Positions 15,801 to 43,936 are shown, numbered from the stretch's first letter. The stretch: DNA of 64,000 nt from Bugula neritina (GCA_964035545.1 OZ037765.1:5652698-5716697), one strand, 5' to 3'. Notes: generated from the sequence alone by a model not told the origin. Made by a program: numbers and translations.

Positions 15801-18072
15801 ATTCTAGAAAAATATAAGTCAATGTGACAAATTTAATGCTCACATCAAATTCATGTACGTAATTTTCCTTACCAGGCAAGAAAACTGCTCCAGCATGCTA
15901 TATTGCTTGATCCACTGGATGCCGATATACTGAATGCTTATGGAGAATTTCTCATAAAGACTGATATAGTAATGGCCGATCATATGTTTAAACAAGCCAG
16001 TATTATCTGTCCAACCCATATCCGAGCTCTCATAAACTTACAGAAAACTGCTCCATTAGTTGAAGATTTAGATGCTGCTATATATAATAGGTAAGTCTTG
16101 GTACCAGAGTTTGGGAAATGTACTGAGTGAATAGATAGTTCCTATCTTGTTTTACTACCAAATGTTATACTGGTTTTTATTGTTTCAAAATAACATTTTT
16201 GATAACGGCATTTCAATAACAGTTGAAAGATCTTTTCCTTCATCTTTAAGTATGATTATTTAAAATAAATTTGAACCTTTAATGCTTGCAAATTTAGTAT
16301 TTCTACTTTTATAGAATTGCCATGAAACGAGATTTACTCATTCATATACCTGAGCACCATCCAGCTTTACGGAGACTCAAGAAAGAGTTGTATTATCAAC
16401 ACATATATCACACAGTAGCTATAGAGGGGAATACTTTAAATCTTCACCAAACCAGGGCTATTGTTGAGACTAGAATGACTGTTGGTGGGAAAAGTATCAG
16501 TGAACATAATGAAGTACGTTACAATTGGTGTGCCAAACTCGAAATAAAAACTAACTCTTTCCTGTTGAAAACCAAAGATGTTGTTGAAAAAGATTGTTAA
16601 ATGTACTTATGGTACCTAAAACACTATATTATTTAGGCTTAATTTAAATTTGAATTTGATTTACGACGCATTAAGTATATTATGTAATTGATAATTACAT
16701 CATATTAATAATTATGGGAATTATTAATAAAAGCGCTATCCCATAAATTTCTGAATTTCATGCATTTTCTGTGTAAAGCAATTCTAATTTAAAAAATAAT
16801 AATCACTTTTGGCCAATTAAGCTTATAATATAACAGTTTCAACTGAAAGTGGTGAAATGTTTTAGGTGATTGGGTTGGATGCTGCCCTCAGCTATATAAA
16901 CAGCACTTTACTGAATCGTATTGGGAAGATCTCAATACATGATATACTAGAGATACACAAGAGAGTGCTCGGGTTCGCAGATCCTATCGAAGCTGGCCAG
17001 TTGCGAAATACTCAAGTGTTTGTGGGGGACTATATACCCCCTCGTCCCGGGGAAGTTCAGGTAATGCGGTGTTACTGCCTCTTTTCTTTATCTATAAAGT
17101 TAAATGTGGACATGAGCACATCAATGTCTAAGTGGATGGTCAAAACTAAGAATACAGGCATAATTGCTTCGAGTGCTGCTCAAAATAAGATTTAGATGAA
17201 ATAATTTAGTGTATAGGCCGGCTTTATTGTGACCATTCGCAACTTGTATCAATTATTTAGGGAATATTTGTGTGCCACTTGGAAATTTCTAATAGGTATC
17301 ATTTTTGCATCTTTTCTTACTAATTATCATTTCCTTTAAGAGGTTGCGTTGTGATTTTTATGTTGTGTTGGTGTTGTAGACTCTAATGGAAGAGTTTGTT
17401 GATTGGCTGAATTCTGAAGAGACTGCAGAGATTCATCCAATCAAATTGGCAGCAATAGCTCATTACAAGTTAGTGACAATACATCCCTTTTACGATGGTA
17501 ATGGCCGGACCTCCCGACTACTTATGAATCTCATTCTGATGCACGCTGGCTATCCCCCAGTCATGATAAGAGTCCAGCAGAAGCATGAATATTATAAACA
17601 CCTGGAAACTGGCAATAGAGGTCTAGAAATACTAAATATATGCTTTTGTTTTAGATGCAACACTCCTAATTTTTGCAAATTCTATCACTTTTAAGTGGAA
17701 GTTATTTGTTGATGGATTGGCAGTCTAGAATTATGAATATGATATTCTCTGGTGCTTTAAATGCATAGTAAATTGAATTTCTTTGAGCAGAATATACCCC
17801 AGGTTTCATTGGTTTTCTTCATTATAAATGCATATGTAATGTGCATGCTTTCATTTTTCTTCGTCACACACGTCAGAAAGTAAATTTACCTCCTTAAATT
17901 TTTTTTAGGTGATATTCGTCCGTTTATAAGGTTCATAGCGGACTGTACTGAAGTCACAGTAGATGAATATATATCTGCTCTCACTGAAGACCCTAGAACT
18001 GTGCATGACATTGCTACTTATGAATATGTCGATGATGGCAGAACCATTATTGTTGGCGATGAAGAAGATTGA
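6851..18072 (+). CDS. FICD: FIC domain protein adenylyltransferase FICD/HYPE; exons 6851-7262, 15154-15227, 15876-16090, 16315-16513, 16866-17060, 17380-17620, 17909-18072
   Basis: N-terminal TM segment, TPR region ([28 protein letters not shown]), inhibitory motif [11 protein letters not shown] motif [12 protein letters not shown], and C-terminal [11 protein letters not shown]. All exon phases are consistent. Confidence 0.95.
7535..7839 (+). repeat. 5' LTR
   Basis: TGTGGTGG...TATAACA; identical to 14675-14979 except T7772 vs C14912. Confidence 0.97.
7841..7858 (+). promoter_or_regulatory. Primer binding site, tRNA-Leu-like
   Basis: TGGTGGCAGCAGTGGGAT 1 nt after the 5' LTR; complementary to the 3' end of tRNA-Leu (…AUCCCAC(C/U)GCUGCCACCA). 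Confidence 0.8.
7873..8739 (+). CDS. gag: Gag (288 aa), no CCHC zinc knuckle
   Basis: First ORF after the PBS; retrotransposon capsid-like N-terminus ([29 protein letters not shown]). Confidence 0.85.
   Translation: METENARMQPPPVEGERRNAVNPVNREGEEAYRHCLKAPTFTGSEDVEQFIQEFREVMEVAQWPHRVALIKLRRAVTEQAKPYGVGTDVDGILAALRARFGTSVIDARTKLERLCRTPRTSLQEHAATVKKLAQIAYSDLPAQHQERYTYDAFVQSLNDLGLDHHLRAKGITRIEDALTAGEAYLLATQMHRAQRNPPVVGVSAARATTGSEALPLEAEVDRMVEMLGQLVTILAGAGPGQALRMPPTPVGQGWSSADQDQGQKGRPQYQGALNCHGPRTLSLPAGRN
8688..8732 (+). promoter_or_regulatory. Putative -1 ribosomal frameshift signal
   Basis: In-frame heptamer G_TTA_AAC (8688-8694), 5-nt spacer, perfect 10-bp all-GC stem 8700-8709/8723-8732 with a 13-nt loop, just before the gag stop. 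Confidence 0.7.
8746..13314 (+). CDS. pol: Pol polyprotein (protease, RT, RNase H, integrase); probably made as a Gag-Pol fusion, so the listed ATG is not necessarily used
   Basis: Protease [14 protein letters not shown], RNase H LDTDAS/ELLA, integrase HHCC plus DLVGP...SDQGAQF...VERNN, and GPY motif (KFVGPY). No stops. Confidence 0.95.
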   Translation: MVEHAVVCPYGPGGTFYPSGRYHAGLVGPHNGLVPFPCHSLTGFTGYLGRRSPPLKWSQKAQWRGPNPAGTNLAAGSPVNHGWNPRRPVKPGQHMRGGVKVQPHGESYFLPGKVAGNAVTFLLDSGCTTNLLSRRVFEALPRRDRDRVRPYTGEHGTLGDGSCIPFYGIIELPGRVRDQAVQETFIIGQLEEDAILGMPFLKQHQCRIDFSKSVVLMGGRELACVDKFGRPLVGGVQVVRNCTVPGRSRATIHCRVNSNRIARLGVVESAHEKIQLASSLNRLTERGEVLVQCVNPFTEPIELPAGSMLGRFHSVQEEDVGPSLGDATEAPPRHPIQGRGAVPTHLRELYETASGGCASNRERQAMAKLLRDYGDVFSSGENDVGLTGIVRHEIPLTAGTVPVRQPTRRLGPEKEKEVSRQVRDLLDRGLIEPAHSAWSSPVVLVRKKDGSWRFCVDYRKLNSVTIQDAYPLPRIDESLDALAGSKYFSTLDLLSGYWQVPLSPDAQEKAAFITRDGLWKWKVLPFGLTSAPATFQRLMEQVLSGLHWKTLLVYLDDVIVISPDFETHVSRLQEVFERLRGAGLKLKPSKCALLQPEVKYLGHVVGRNGVATDPEKVRAVEDWVTPQDLTGLRAFLGLVGYYRQYIPDFAGIAQPLNRLTAKGVTWQWTPVEQEAFDRLKGCLLAAPILAYPDPTLEYILDTDASDQNVGAVLSQVQDGREVVVAYYSKSLSPAERNYCTTRKELLAVIKSVKHFRPYLYGRKFRLRTDHASLIWLCRRAEPSSQVARWLEILAEFSYRIEHRPGKRHSNADGLSRRPDGGCKQCLNIERRDGGPPRCELETLAHHGAPFDWDQGQLRQRVDESPEDVQNLRANPVLAGNVRELKKLQEELPGVVADIYRAKREGRRPSEERIRQGCAEFRLYCQRWDSLRIGQDGLLTISLAASGRHPERKRVVCPTAIRRELIWDTHKQAHAGVKRVISKLRLRWYWPQMERDVRLRVKQCEICQASKHSRPPGEAGRRRLYAGRPWQVVAVDLVGPMPLTPRGNNWILVLTDHFTRWADALAIPDASAPTVARALDQHVFCYFGLPEQIHSDQGAQFQSQLMSDLCHLWGVNQSRTTPYHPQGNGVVERNNRMLGDALRSLLLGRGQEEWDTVLPQVMRAYRSTPHTSTGETPNLLMLGRETRVPDHLTYHVPEQDNSVHEYASELVERMKAAHEILRQQQWKVRHEDSDEPPLYQRGDKVWMVNYRRRRGQADKLKPKFVGPYVVVEAMPNHTYKIERSGQVSIQNESRLKPYWASPDGVGEAPPLLEPRRQTTTRGRRRHGPEYEVVIPREENLVREERQFLSTEACPPPPSLIPSLPETEPVPEVQTPTEGGAPSGEQEEVTTNGEVETPLEAPTNEPTSVSPSLERGQRTRKPPPYLKDFICDCIRSGAHESLGENRTIKCWSCEPHANINFCEGGIVGGINARKANSSDLVPQKRCSAFSYADIAKGRRISQPAPTLPRTLSMDINTEFPGKPV
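13332..14405 (+). CDS. Retrotransposon ORF3 (357 aa): acidic N-terminus, C2H2-type zinc fingers, basic patch, C-terminal coiled coil; not env-like
   Basis: Intact ORF between the pol stop and the PPT; [21 protein letters not shown] followed by [22 protein letters not shown]; no signal peptide or TM segment. Confidence 0.8.
   Translation: METGSMPVDSELIQQIESELLGTTFHVNDDEDTVMADGLLDLELDTVLGQSTHDSSVPRVHSKSSDSQASNGRQSLELGCKDPPRSNTNSTFVDTLAPVSPGMPSLEMAWDSEPAPTTSTTRKLPPQLEATSNWITPATEREIRTHQGGEGNRECNLCQQRFTTHRRLKVHLPQHYITTFCPCGEYSYNRDYLLRHQRTMQCYQGHVYEVDESSYPAFLNAIKPLITDSARLSRLEQGFPSPRPIISKAADKPTQSTNSPPHSPIRMPHTFPRVVLQRVDTNAYTLPPPLPSSERKRHRQPTSSRSSPWARNLREVEARAHDLEQEVYRLAPRVQAASSELKYLQESIKRMKRAARS
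14664..14674 (+). promoter_or_regulatory. Polypurine tract
   Basis: GGAGGGGGCAG abutting the 3' LTR. Confidence 0.85.
14675..14979 (+). repeat. 3' LTR
   Basis: 304/305 identical to the 5' LTR; followed by TSD ATAG. Confidence 0.97.
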
Positions 18073-18499
18073 CAACTCCCAAAATTTATGGTGCTGATGA
18101 TTTGTACTCCGTGCAATAGAATAGATATTATTTATTTCGATTAATATACCTTATTTTTACACAATGCTTTATTGAGAAGTAGGTGAATTATTTTTTAACT
18201 CTTTATTTATCAAGGCCTCAGATCTTAATGTAAATTATGTGCCGTATTGCTACCAATTTACAGGTGCATGACTCAATATATTATATATTTCATAACTTTT
18301 AATCTCTAGCCAAACACAAACAGTTGAAATTCTGTTGGCAGTAGGTCACCATTACCAGATCATATAAGGATTAGAGTTATTATTTAATAAACACGGTGCA
18401 TATTTTTATATTAATTTATAGCAACTGCTTCGCGCAATCAATTATATTACCATTCAAATTGTAATTGTAATTTTTCCAAGACAATGTGGTTATAAAGTA

Positions 18500-18686
18500 C
18501 AGTGCTCCTCCATATCTCACTAAACTGCGGGTCCCTTGATTCGCGACATAATAGAATACCAGATTTAACTTACTGATCCGTTAAATTGAGCCATTTTGTC
18601 CTTATACACACATACATAAGTCGGTCCGTCTCATGACTGATGGGATTTCTTGAGAAATGGAACTGTGAGATATGGAGAGATCACTG
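18500..18686. mobile_element. 187-bp pogo/Tigger-type MITE
   Basis: TIRs CAGTGCTCCTCCATATCTCAC / GTGAGATATGGAGAGATCACTG with TA on both sides; both halves are homologous to the termini of the element at 33430-36115. Confidence 0.85.
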
Positions 18687-19365
18687 TACTGCTAAGCTAT
18701 AGAGTATAGATTGTACCAACTTAATAAAGTTATTCTATCTCGTGTTTGAAAAGAGAATATGTTTCACAATCACAATTTTTAAAATTAAATTAATGCATAT
18801 AACTGTAATGAATTGATGGTGGAAATGTTAGTTACCCGTGTGCCTGTTTTTGATATTTCATATATTTGATGATAAAAAATTCATTATAAGGTCTGCAATA
18901 GTGCGACTACAGAATATAGCAGGAGAATATGTCGACATTTGCATATAATATGGTAAATAAATTTAATAACTAGGCAAGATATTAGCATATTATTAGACAG
19001 CTGGGAACACAAAGCCACTATAAATGTTAAATAGTACAATTATATACATTATACAAAAAATAATGTTTGGTATATAAACTACGACATATAATATAAGCCT
19101 AGTTTACATCCACCAGTAAAAATTCCCATGTAGTTTTATTAGGCACTGCCGATAATTGAAATGCAAATGCCCGCATTCACATAAATATTAATCAAGTTTA
19201 GTGCCTACCACTAAGTTCAAATATACGTGTAACACATTGAATACTAATTGAAGACTAGATGTATTATCAGCATACTAACAGTAACTGTTGTGAAATATGT
19301 CACTTGCACAGGAGTTGTCACCTCTCTGACTCACGGAGAGGCACAGTTAACAGCCTTAGCACCAC

Positions 19366-30385
<11,020 letters not shown>

Positions 30386-31289
30386 TTTCACCCATTGGTG
30401 GGGAAGTTTCAATAAACTCTTTCTGTGTTCATTGAGAAGCCAAAGGTCCTGATATTCAACAACTGGATGATCTCGGGCTACACAGATCTCTAGACTTGAT
30501 AGACTTGGGTGTTAATATCTACATAACATATGCAACAACTTAGATAATACTACGAGAAAAAGAATAAGAAACATTTGGAAAAATCAAATGAAAATATAAT
30601 ACTTAACTTAAAACTTATACTAGCTGTGCATGCTTAAAATGAGCACTTATTTTGACACCGGGTAGCCTATATTACATTACATGTTAAATCAAATCAAAAT
30701 GATAGTCTAGGAAAAAGTAGTTTATTGTTTAAATAGCACTAATAGTACTAATGAATAAAAACTACAACTTTATTTAGCAGATTTTTGGATCTCAAGAGTC
30801 AAGGGATACTGATGTAAATAATTTATAAAAAATATATATGTTAAAATAAAAAATGGCTTCTAAAACTATGCATAAAGAGTATGTTAGATTTTAATAGTGA
30901 TGCAGTATTGAAACAACAGAAAATGTACCACACTGGTATTAAGACCATTTTCTAGTTTTAAAAGGTAGAACCGATTAAATGAATTAGAAAGTTCTGCAGT
31001 GAGGGATCAGCAGGAGCAGTGAGTAAAACTATCCAATTCAGCAAATCACTAAGACTCTAGAGTACACTAAGGCAAATGGCAGTTACCAATAACCATTAAA
31101 CTGCATGCATGTAGGATGTAAGCTGCACCAGCCCTCACATGATCAGTAAGTATCACTAGTAGCTAAGGTTAGTAGGACCTAGTAGAAATTGAGAAACTTA
31201 ATTTTTACGTTTACATGTTTGAACATATAAAGTCTACAGGTATGGTTTAGGCCTCTAAGTCACTATAATAACCATATAAAATCCACATG

Positions 31290-31445
31290 GGTTTATAGTC
31301 ACTATCCCTGTGAAAACCCGTGAGGAAGAGGATTTTTAAGAACTGGTTTTTTTATTGTGGAACAAGGAGCCATCATGACTAAATTTCCTTTTTAACACCA
31401 TCAACAACCTTTACTAAGATTCTAACCACTACACCACACCTGCTC
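31290..31445 (-). mobile_element. Diverged copy of the same SINE
   Basis: GTTTATAGTCACTATCCCTGTGAAAACCC tail and CTAACCACTACACCAC head, reverse-complementary to the other copies. Confidence 0.6.
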
Positions 31446-33429
31446 TTTTACTTCACCTTATACTTGACCTATATTTATGTTCCACTAAACACATAAATTT
31501 CTGCATGTCTCTCCAGGACAATTTGTTTAGTTGTTATCTTTAGTCACTTATTACAGAGGATGAGAGTGATTTTTGATAGTTTTATATAATTTTTAGACTA
31601 TATTTTTAGTTTTTAAAACTCTAATCATGACCATGGTAATAAATGGCCCATGTGCCTAAGCTATAAATATGTATTAATATGTAATAATACATGTCATTAT
31701 ACATATCACATGAAGATTCTAATTAGCAACTACTAATAACAGTATATCCATTATGTTTGATAATAAAATTAAATATGATTGCTATAATTAAAAATATTTG
31801 GTCTCTAATATACATTTTTCTCTATCTATAATAAGCACCATAATATTAGTAAATTGATAACAAATGATAACTATAGTAATAAAAAAGATTCATAAATTTT
31901 TGCTACAAGTAACCTAAGGATAAATGTTACAACAGAGGCAGATACCAGCAAGTGCAACTATAAGTGAAAGAGAAACTCAGATTGAAGCTTACACGTTTCA
32001 CATTGATATTATTGTTAATAGTAACAGCTATATTAGCAACCCTTTAATAGGTCTCTTATTGAGTATTATAAAAGTGCAGTAACCCTAGCAGCTTAAATCA
32101 CTACCACCATGACCATGACTATGATAAATAAAATCATCAGTATTATTATGATTGTGATTGAAAATGATTGCCATTAGACCTACATCATTTTCAGAGTTAT
32201 TCCAATTCTTATAATTACAAACTTACAGTGATTTTAAGTTATAGATTACTTATTAGCTTTAGAGATAGAGCTAGAAGCTAGTGTATATAGGAAATATTTA
32301 ATTTCAACTTGCAGTCAAAATTATTGCATTTAATTTTCGTGATGTAGTTTCCTTAACTTTAAGCTTGTTTGAATGTTAGTCAGAACTTTTAATCGTAGGA
32401 TCAAGTAAGATAAACACAAAGCTTAGGTAAAAGTCAAGTGAAAAATAACAGATGTTATACCTATTATTATCATTATCATTATGATATTAATAATAATTGA
32501 TGATGAAAGTTTCAGTATGATGTTCATGACATTATCATTATGATTATATTTATAGGATTATATGAAAGAGTGAAAAACAGTATTTAATTTTATTAGTACT
32601 ACTATTAGCAGTAGTGCTACTAATGCTACTGATAGGAGCAGGTCTAGTACAACTGCAAGGTTTAGTAAATAAAAAATTATATCCCTACCGCGCTCATAAT
32701 GAAGATCAACATGTTTATGTTATTGTTACAGTTAGTGTTACAGTGATACTGTTAGTGTTACTGACTATCAGTATCAGTATCAGTATGACTGTATCAGTGT
32801 ATCAGTATGAGTATCACAGTAATTGTAAATGTAATGAGTAAAAGATGTCATATTTCTATTTGTTATCAAAGTAATAGTAAACTATTAACTCTAAGTCTAA
32901 CTACTTCTAGTAACCAGTGGCATAGAAAGAGAATTGCCAACAGCATTAATTTAGAATTACTATTAGTATTAGTAATCACTATTAGATCAAGTTGAATTTG
33001 ACCAAATAATAATTTAAATTAATATTTATATTATAATATTAATAAATATAATAATATGTCTAAATGACTGTTTTAATTTAATGAGTTATAGTCTAAAATG
33101 AACAGCAATTTTTAGTTAAACAGCATATTTTTACAATACCTTTGAAAGGTTATGTTTTAACAACTCTGTGATCCCAAAAGTATAAATATATGCAAAGCTA
33201 AAAAATACTAGAATTTAACGGCCACTAACAGGTGCGAAAAATGGTAATAGCTGACCTCAATAATCTCTAAAAGTCAAAGCTTTTTTGAAAAGCATGAATA
33301 TTTTTTTAAAATATATAAATAATTGTATTTAATTTTTAAAACATTTTTATTGTAAAAATAAATAACATACAACATTTAAAATGATTTAATTGAGATTAAC
33401 GTATTCAACTAGCTTGAGATTTCAGATGT

Positions 33430-36115
33430 CAGTGCACCTTTCATAACTCACGGTTTAATTTCTCACGGAATTCCATAGCTCACGAGAAATGCTTGGATTC
33501 CCGTTCTTTGACTGAAATACCATTGAAAATTAGTGTCGTAAGATTGTTAAGGCCAATTGCAAGTTTTAAGTAACAGCCGCCGTTATTGGAGAAACTAACT
33601 CCTGTACAAACAAACCATGGGGATGCATGAAATGTGTTGTTTTAATAGGTAGCAATTGACTAAAAGTATAAATTGACAAGTTTAATTTGAATACATTTGC
33701 TTGAGCCGGTCATATCAGAGTGTGAAAGACGACGTCATAAACCCTGTAACAAACAAATCGTACAAAAGCTCATCTATTTCATGAAGAAAAAATTCATTTA
33801 CAACTGCCATAAAGACAACATTGCTCAATTCTTTGACAACACAAATTCTACACTTGACACGCGAGGAAGCTGCTATTGCTCTTGCATCACCATCATGCCC
33901 AAGCGAAAGTTAATTCAGTACACGCTGGAAGAAAAATTCACTGCAGTCAGACGAATACGGAATGGGGAAAGACAGTGCGCGGTAAATTTGATTTAAATTT
34001 ATATGTTTAATGTGTAAAGTGTGGTTTTTTTTGTGATATGATATTATTTTTGTATGGAATGGGATTCATGCATTTATATTGTGCCAATGCTATGTTATGA
34101 GTTGGATGAGCCAAGTTTCTCATTGGGTGAAATGCTTATTTTCCGTTCTAGTTTTGTTCAACAGGTCAGCCGTGACATGGGAGTCCATGAGGCTACACTA
34201 CGAGGATGGCTACGAGATGAGGGGAAGCTGAGGGCTTTTGCTGACGACATAGAGTCATCTCAAGGTCTAGCCAAGAGGAAGAGGGTCCGGACCACTAGAA
34301 ACCCACATCTGGATGCAGCTGTCTTCGACTGGACCATGCAGATGAAAAATGCGGGTGTCCCACTGTCTGGTCCGGTCATCAAGTCGCAGGCTCTCCTCTT
34401 AAACCAGCTGACCACCGATGACACTGCAACTTTCCAGGCATCGAATGGGTGGCTTCAGAAGTTCCAGAAGCGCCACTCCTTTCAGTCTTTTAGCCTTCAC
34501 GGTAGAGGTGCTTCAATAGACAAGAAAGACGCAGAGGAGCATATCTCTCAGTGCTACCATCTCATCCAGGATGGAGGTTACACGGTTGATCAGGTTTATA
34601 AAGCTGATGAGACTGGCCTCTACTGGCGACAACCACCTTGTAAAGTCATCACACCCAGAAGCAGCCACATTCAAGACTTCAAAGAACAAAAGGAGCGATT
34701 GACTGTCCTAGTTTGCACCAACCGGAGTGGTTCTCACCAGCTTAAGCCACTCGTCATCGGCAAGTACCGGTCTCCACGATGCTTCCACCACATCAAGATG
34801 GATTGTCTGCCTGTTGTTTATGACCACTCTATTAAGGGATTAATGACAGCGACAATTTTGGAAAACTGGTTCCACAAGTCCTTCGTCCCAGCCGTCAAGA
34901 CTCATTTGGAAGAAAGGCAGCTAGAGGCTAAAGCCCTTCTCCTTCTTGACAGCTGTCCTGCCCATCCACCTGCCGAGACCCTTCGCTCCAGAGATGGAAA
35001 AATTGTTGTCCACTACCTCCTGAAGAACACCACAGCCTTGATCCAGCCTATGGGTCAAAGTGTGATTCACACCCTAAAGACAAACTACAAGAGGGAGCTC
35101 ATTCAAAAGATGGTAGACGGTGACACACCCAATGTCATCTCCTTCCTGAAGGAGATGACCATCAGGGATGCAGTGAACATCATCCACTCTGCATGGGCTG
35201 CCATCTCCAAAGTCTTACTGCAGAAGTGTTGGGAAAAGGGTCTCCCAGTGCCTGACTCCTCCTTGAGTGATGACGAAGGTGAAAAGCCAGACTTCTGGGG
35301 ATCCACAGACAAGGACATCCAAGACTCTGTAAGGCAAAAAATCGCTGATTTCCTTGAAGTGGATGAGCGAGAGGTTGACCACTATCTCAAAATATGGGTG
35401 GATGAGGATGCTAATCTTCCAACAGCCCAAGAGAAGACCGATGAGGACACTAGTCAGGAGGCACTGGCGAGAGGTGAACCAACCCCCTCTGAGAAACAGA
35501 AACAGGAGGAACCACCCACATCTGCTCCTTCCACCCAGCAGGCCTTGAGAAATCTTCAGGTTGTTCTTGATTTCTGGACATCTCAGGGGAAAAACCTGGA
35601 AGCAATCCAGGTAGAAACGCAAATGAGGAAAGTGAGGGAAATACAGGCTAAGCAACAGAAGCAGACTGAGCTAGCTTCCTCTTCATTGAATTCAATATAG
35701 AAAAATCATTTTAGTTGTCTTGTGTACCTGTTGAACGGCTGAATGTTTTATTGGGATGGTAAACATTGTGTGTAGCACACCCGTGTCACACGTGTAAAGT
35801 ACTCCGTATATTTTGGAGATGGATAGATTTAACCATCAATTTATTATTGCTTTATGCTGTCGTGTATGTGTTGATTCTTTGTTACTTTTCAATAAAATGT
35901 ATATAAAACACATTCATTTATTGATTTTTCTACGTAAATTAAGTATTTGTGCATAAAATAGTTTAACAATCAAACAAAAACAGATCTCGTGAATGGGAAG
36001 TCGCAAATTAATGGTCGAATTTAAGGGTCCGTGAGTTAAAGATGGTATTCTGCTATATATGTCACGAATTAAGGTTTCGGGATCCGCAGTTCAGTGAGAT
36101 ATGGAGGGAGCTCTG
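33430..36115 (+). mobile_element. pogo/Tigger-family DNA transposon with degenerate TIRs
   Basis: Left CAGTGCACCTTTCATAACTCAC vs reverse complement of right end CAGAGCTCCCTCCATATCTCAC (17/22 match). TA is present only at the right end. Encloses a transposase gene. Confidence 0.75.
33895..35700 (+). CDS. Tigger/Jerky-like (CENP-B HTH + DDE_1) transposase-derived protein, 540 aa; exons 33895-33981 and 34165-35700
   Basis: MPKRKLIQYTLEEK..GERQCA|VSRDMGVHEATLRGW (psq-type HTH split by a phase-0 GT-AG intron), FQASNGWLQKFQKRH, ADETGLYW, LLLLDSCPAHP, IQPMGQSVI. Confidence 0.88.
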
Positions 36116-37996
36116 TACTTTGTACTTCAGCTCATAAATCAGGCTGAAACACCCGTTCCAATATTATAAAAGAATGTGATTTCTGGCTTAGGAGTCACAG
36201 CGATTGTAGCTAGCTACAACTTTCAATTGAGATCTCACATGACATAAATTTTAAATCCGAGATTTAATCGTAAGACGTCACGGTTTCCAAGCATTGAAGT
36301 GGTTACAACTTGAAATACCGGAGTATTGACTGCCATCAATCATTCAATGCAAACTCAAGTAATTTAAAGATTCATAGTGTAAGATTTTCTTGGGCTTATG
36401 ATTTATATTCACTTATGCAACAATTTGATGATAGATTTTTGCTATTAGTAGAGCTAGAGGTCTATGAATTAGAATATGATTAGTACGCCACACACTGACT
36501 CGGAGTCTGACACTTTGACTTTCACCTTGAAGTTTGAACTTGAAGAGACTTTGAGTTTGACTAGGTTTAACTTTAAATTTTAGCAGACAAACAATGACAT
36601 AAGTTAATCTAAAAGTAAGACTCAGACTGAAACAGTAGCTTTAAGACTAAAAGTAAATCAAATCATAGAGGTTGCATTCACACTATGACTGTAATAGTCG
36701 AATACAGTAAATGTAATACTTGTACTACTACTTGTAGCTAATAACTATATTTATACTTATAGTTATACTTATGCTAATTACTAATAGTAATAGTTATTAA
36801 CTTTAATTTGTAATTATAGTAGATGTAGTACTAATACTTAATCGTATACTTATACTTATTTTTTAGCTTCAAGTTGTACTAAATCTAACTATAATTGAGT
36901 AATTTTAAGACAGTTTCGAATCTGTAGGTGTAACAGTAACAATAACAGTAGTTATCGTTTTTATTTTAGTTACTCAGTTTAGTCTAACTCAGATGATCAC
37001 TGGATGACAAACTATATCCAACGCCCATTTATTTTTATGTTTAATCACTGGAGATTTACACTGACTTTCATTTTCAAGTGCATTATCAGTATTACTATTA
37101 TTATTGCCTATTAGTATTGTACTGATACTCATACATTTTTTTAGTTTGATAGCTCTAAGGCCCAGCGTAGGTGTTCAATGGAGCACTTTTAGTCTTTAGC
37201 AACAATTGCCATAATTATAATGCGTGACTTAGCCTTTGCTATTCACACACTGGACTCACATTGACAGTGATTGTGAATGCGAGCATTTAGTGATCTCAGT
37301 TAGATTTACTGTCAGCATCACTCTGAAAATGAGTTTTTACTGACATTTAAATAGTAAATTTCACACAGCTCACACTTAAATTGCTCATTATTACTATAAT
37401 AACCACATTGCCAATGTTTTTTTAGAGACCCTAGTATAGGTAATTCGTCTTTTGTATTACAGATATTCACATTGAATGATACAATAATAATAATAGTAGT
37501 ACTTTCATAAAAGTAAACATGTGTAATTCAGTACGAATTGCTATAACTGTAACCAGCTGATGACTGTTGAAATTAGAATGCTTTTTCTAGTTTTGAATTT
37601 TTATATTACACTCTGTTATATTAGTTCACCTGTTTTATTTTCAACATCAACATTCCTTTAAACACACTTCATATCAAAACTCAACTGTGTAGTTATATGT
37701 TAGTTATCCATTGTATTCTCAATACAGTATTACTATACAATTATTTTACCCTACTTACTAGCTATCTATTCATTGCCATTGCACATATTATGTAACTATC
37801 TTTAATGTATGACTATTATTTTTCACTATTATTATGGCTATTTTATACTTATGTATTGAATATAGTAAAGTTTAAGGACTTTTCTCCTAATTGTACACTA
37901 CAGTTATAGTCATATTCTATGTTGTAGCTAATCTGATCTGTTTTAATAAATATTGGTATATTTACTCCTTGTTTAATATAGGTCATCTTTGTAAAC

Positions 37997-43611
<5,615 letters not shown>

Positions 43612-43936
43612 ATGTTCCACAACAAGCATTCTCGTCAGCTTTAATAGTAGTCCGTCTTCACACTACAAGCGGTTTATTCTTACACCACTATGGTGTGTGT
43701 TGTCTACGGCACTTTCCAGAATCTAGCCAAAAACATGTGACTTACTGAACACTCAAAAGATATATACTCATGTATGTTGCAATTAGATCTTTTATACTCA
43801 GTCTATTTTCTACTCTGTTTTCACTCTGTCAACCATTGTTACTGTTGCAATTTTTCTGTTAATTTACTGCCTTTTACTGGTATAGGCCTACTGTATTTTC
43901 TACTTCTTCTACATCTGTTCAGTCAAAAAATGTCTT

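Noticed and set aside
34054-34164. ORF-track N-terminus MEWDSCIY… of the transposase
   Set aside because: Lies in an intron. Splicing 33981->34165 restores a complete HTH beginning MPKRK.
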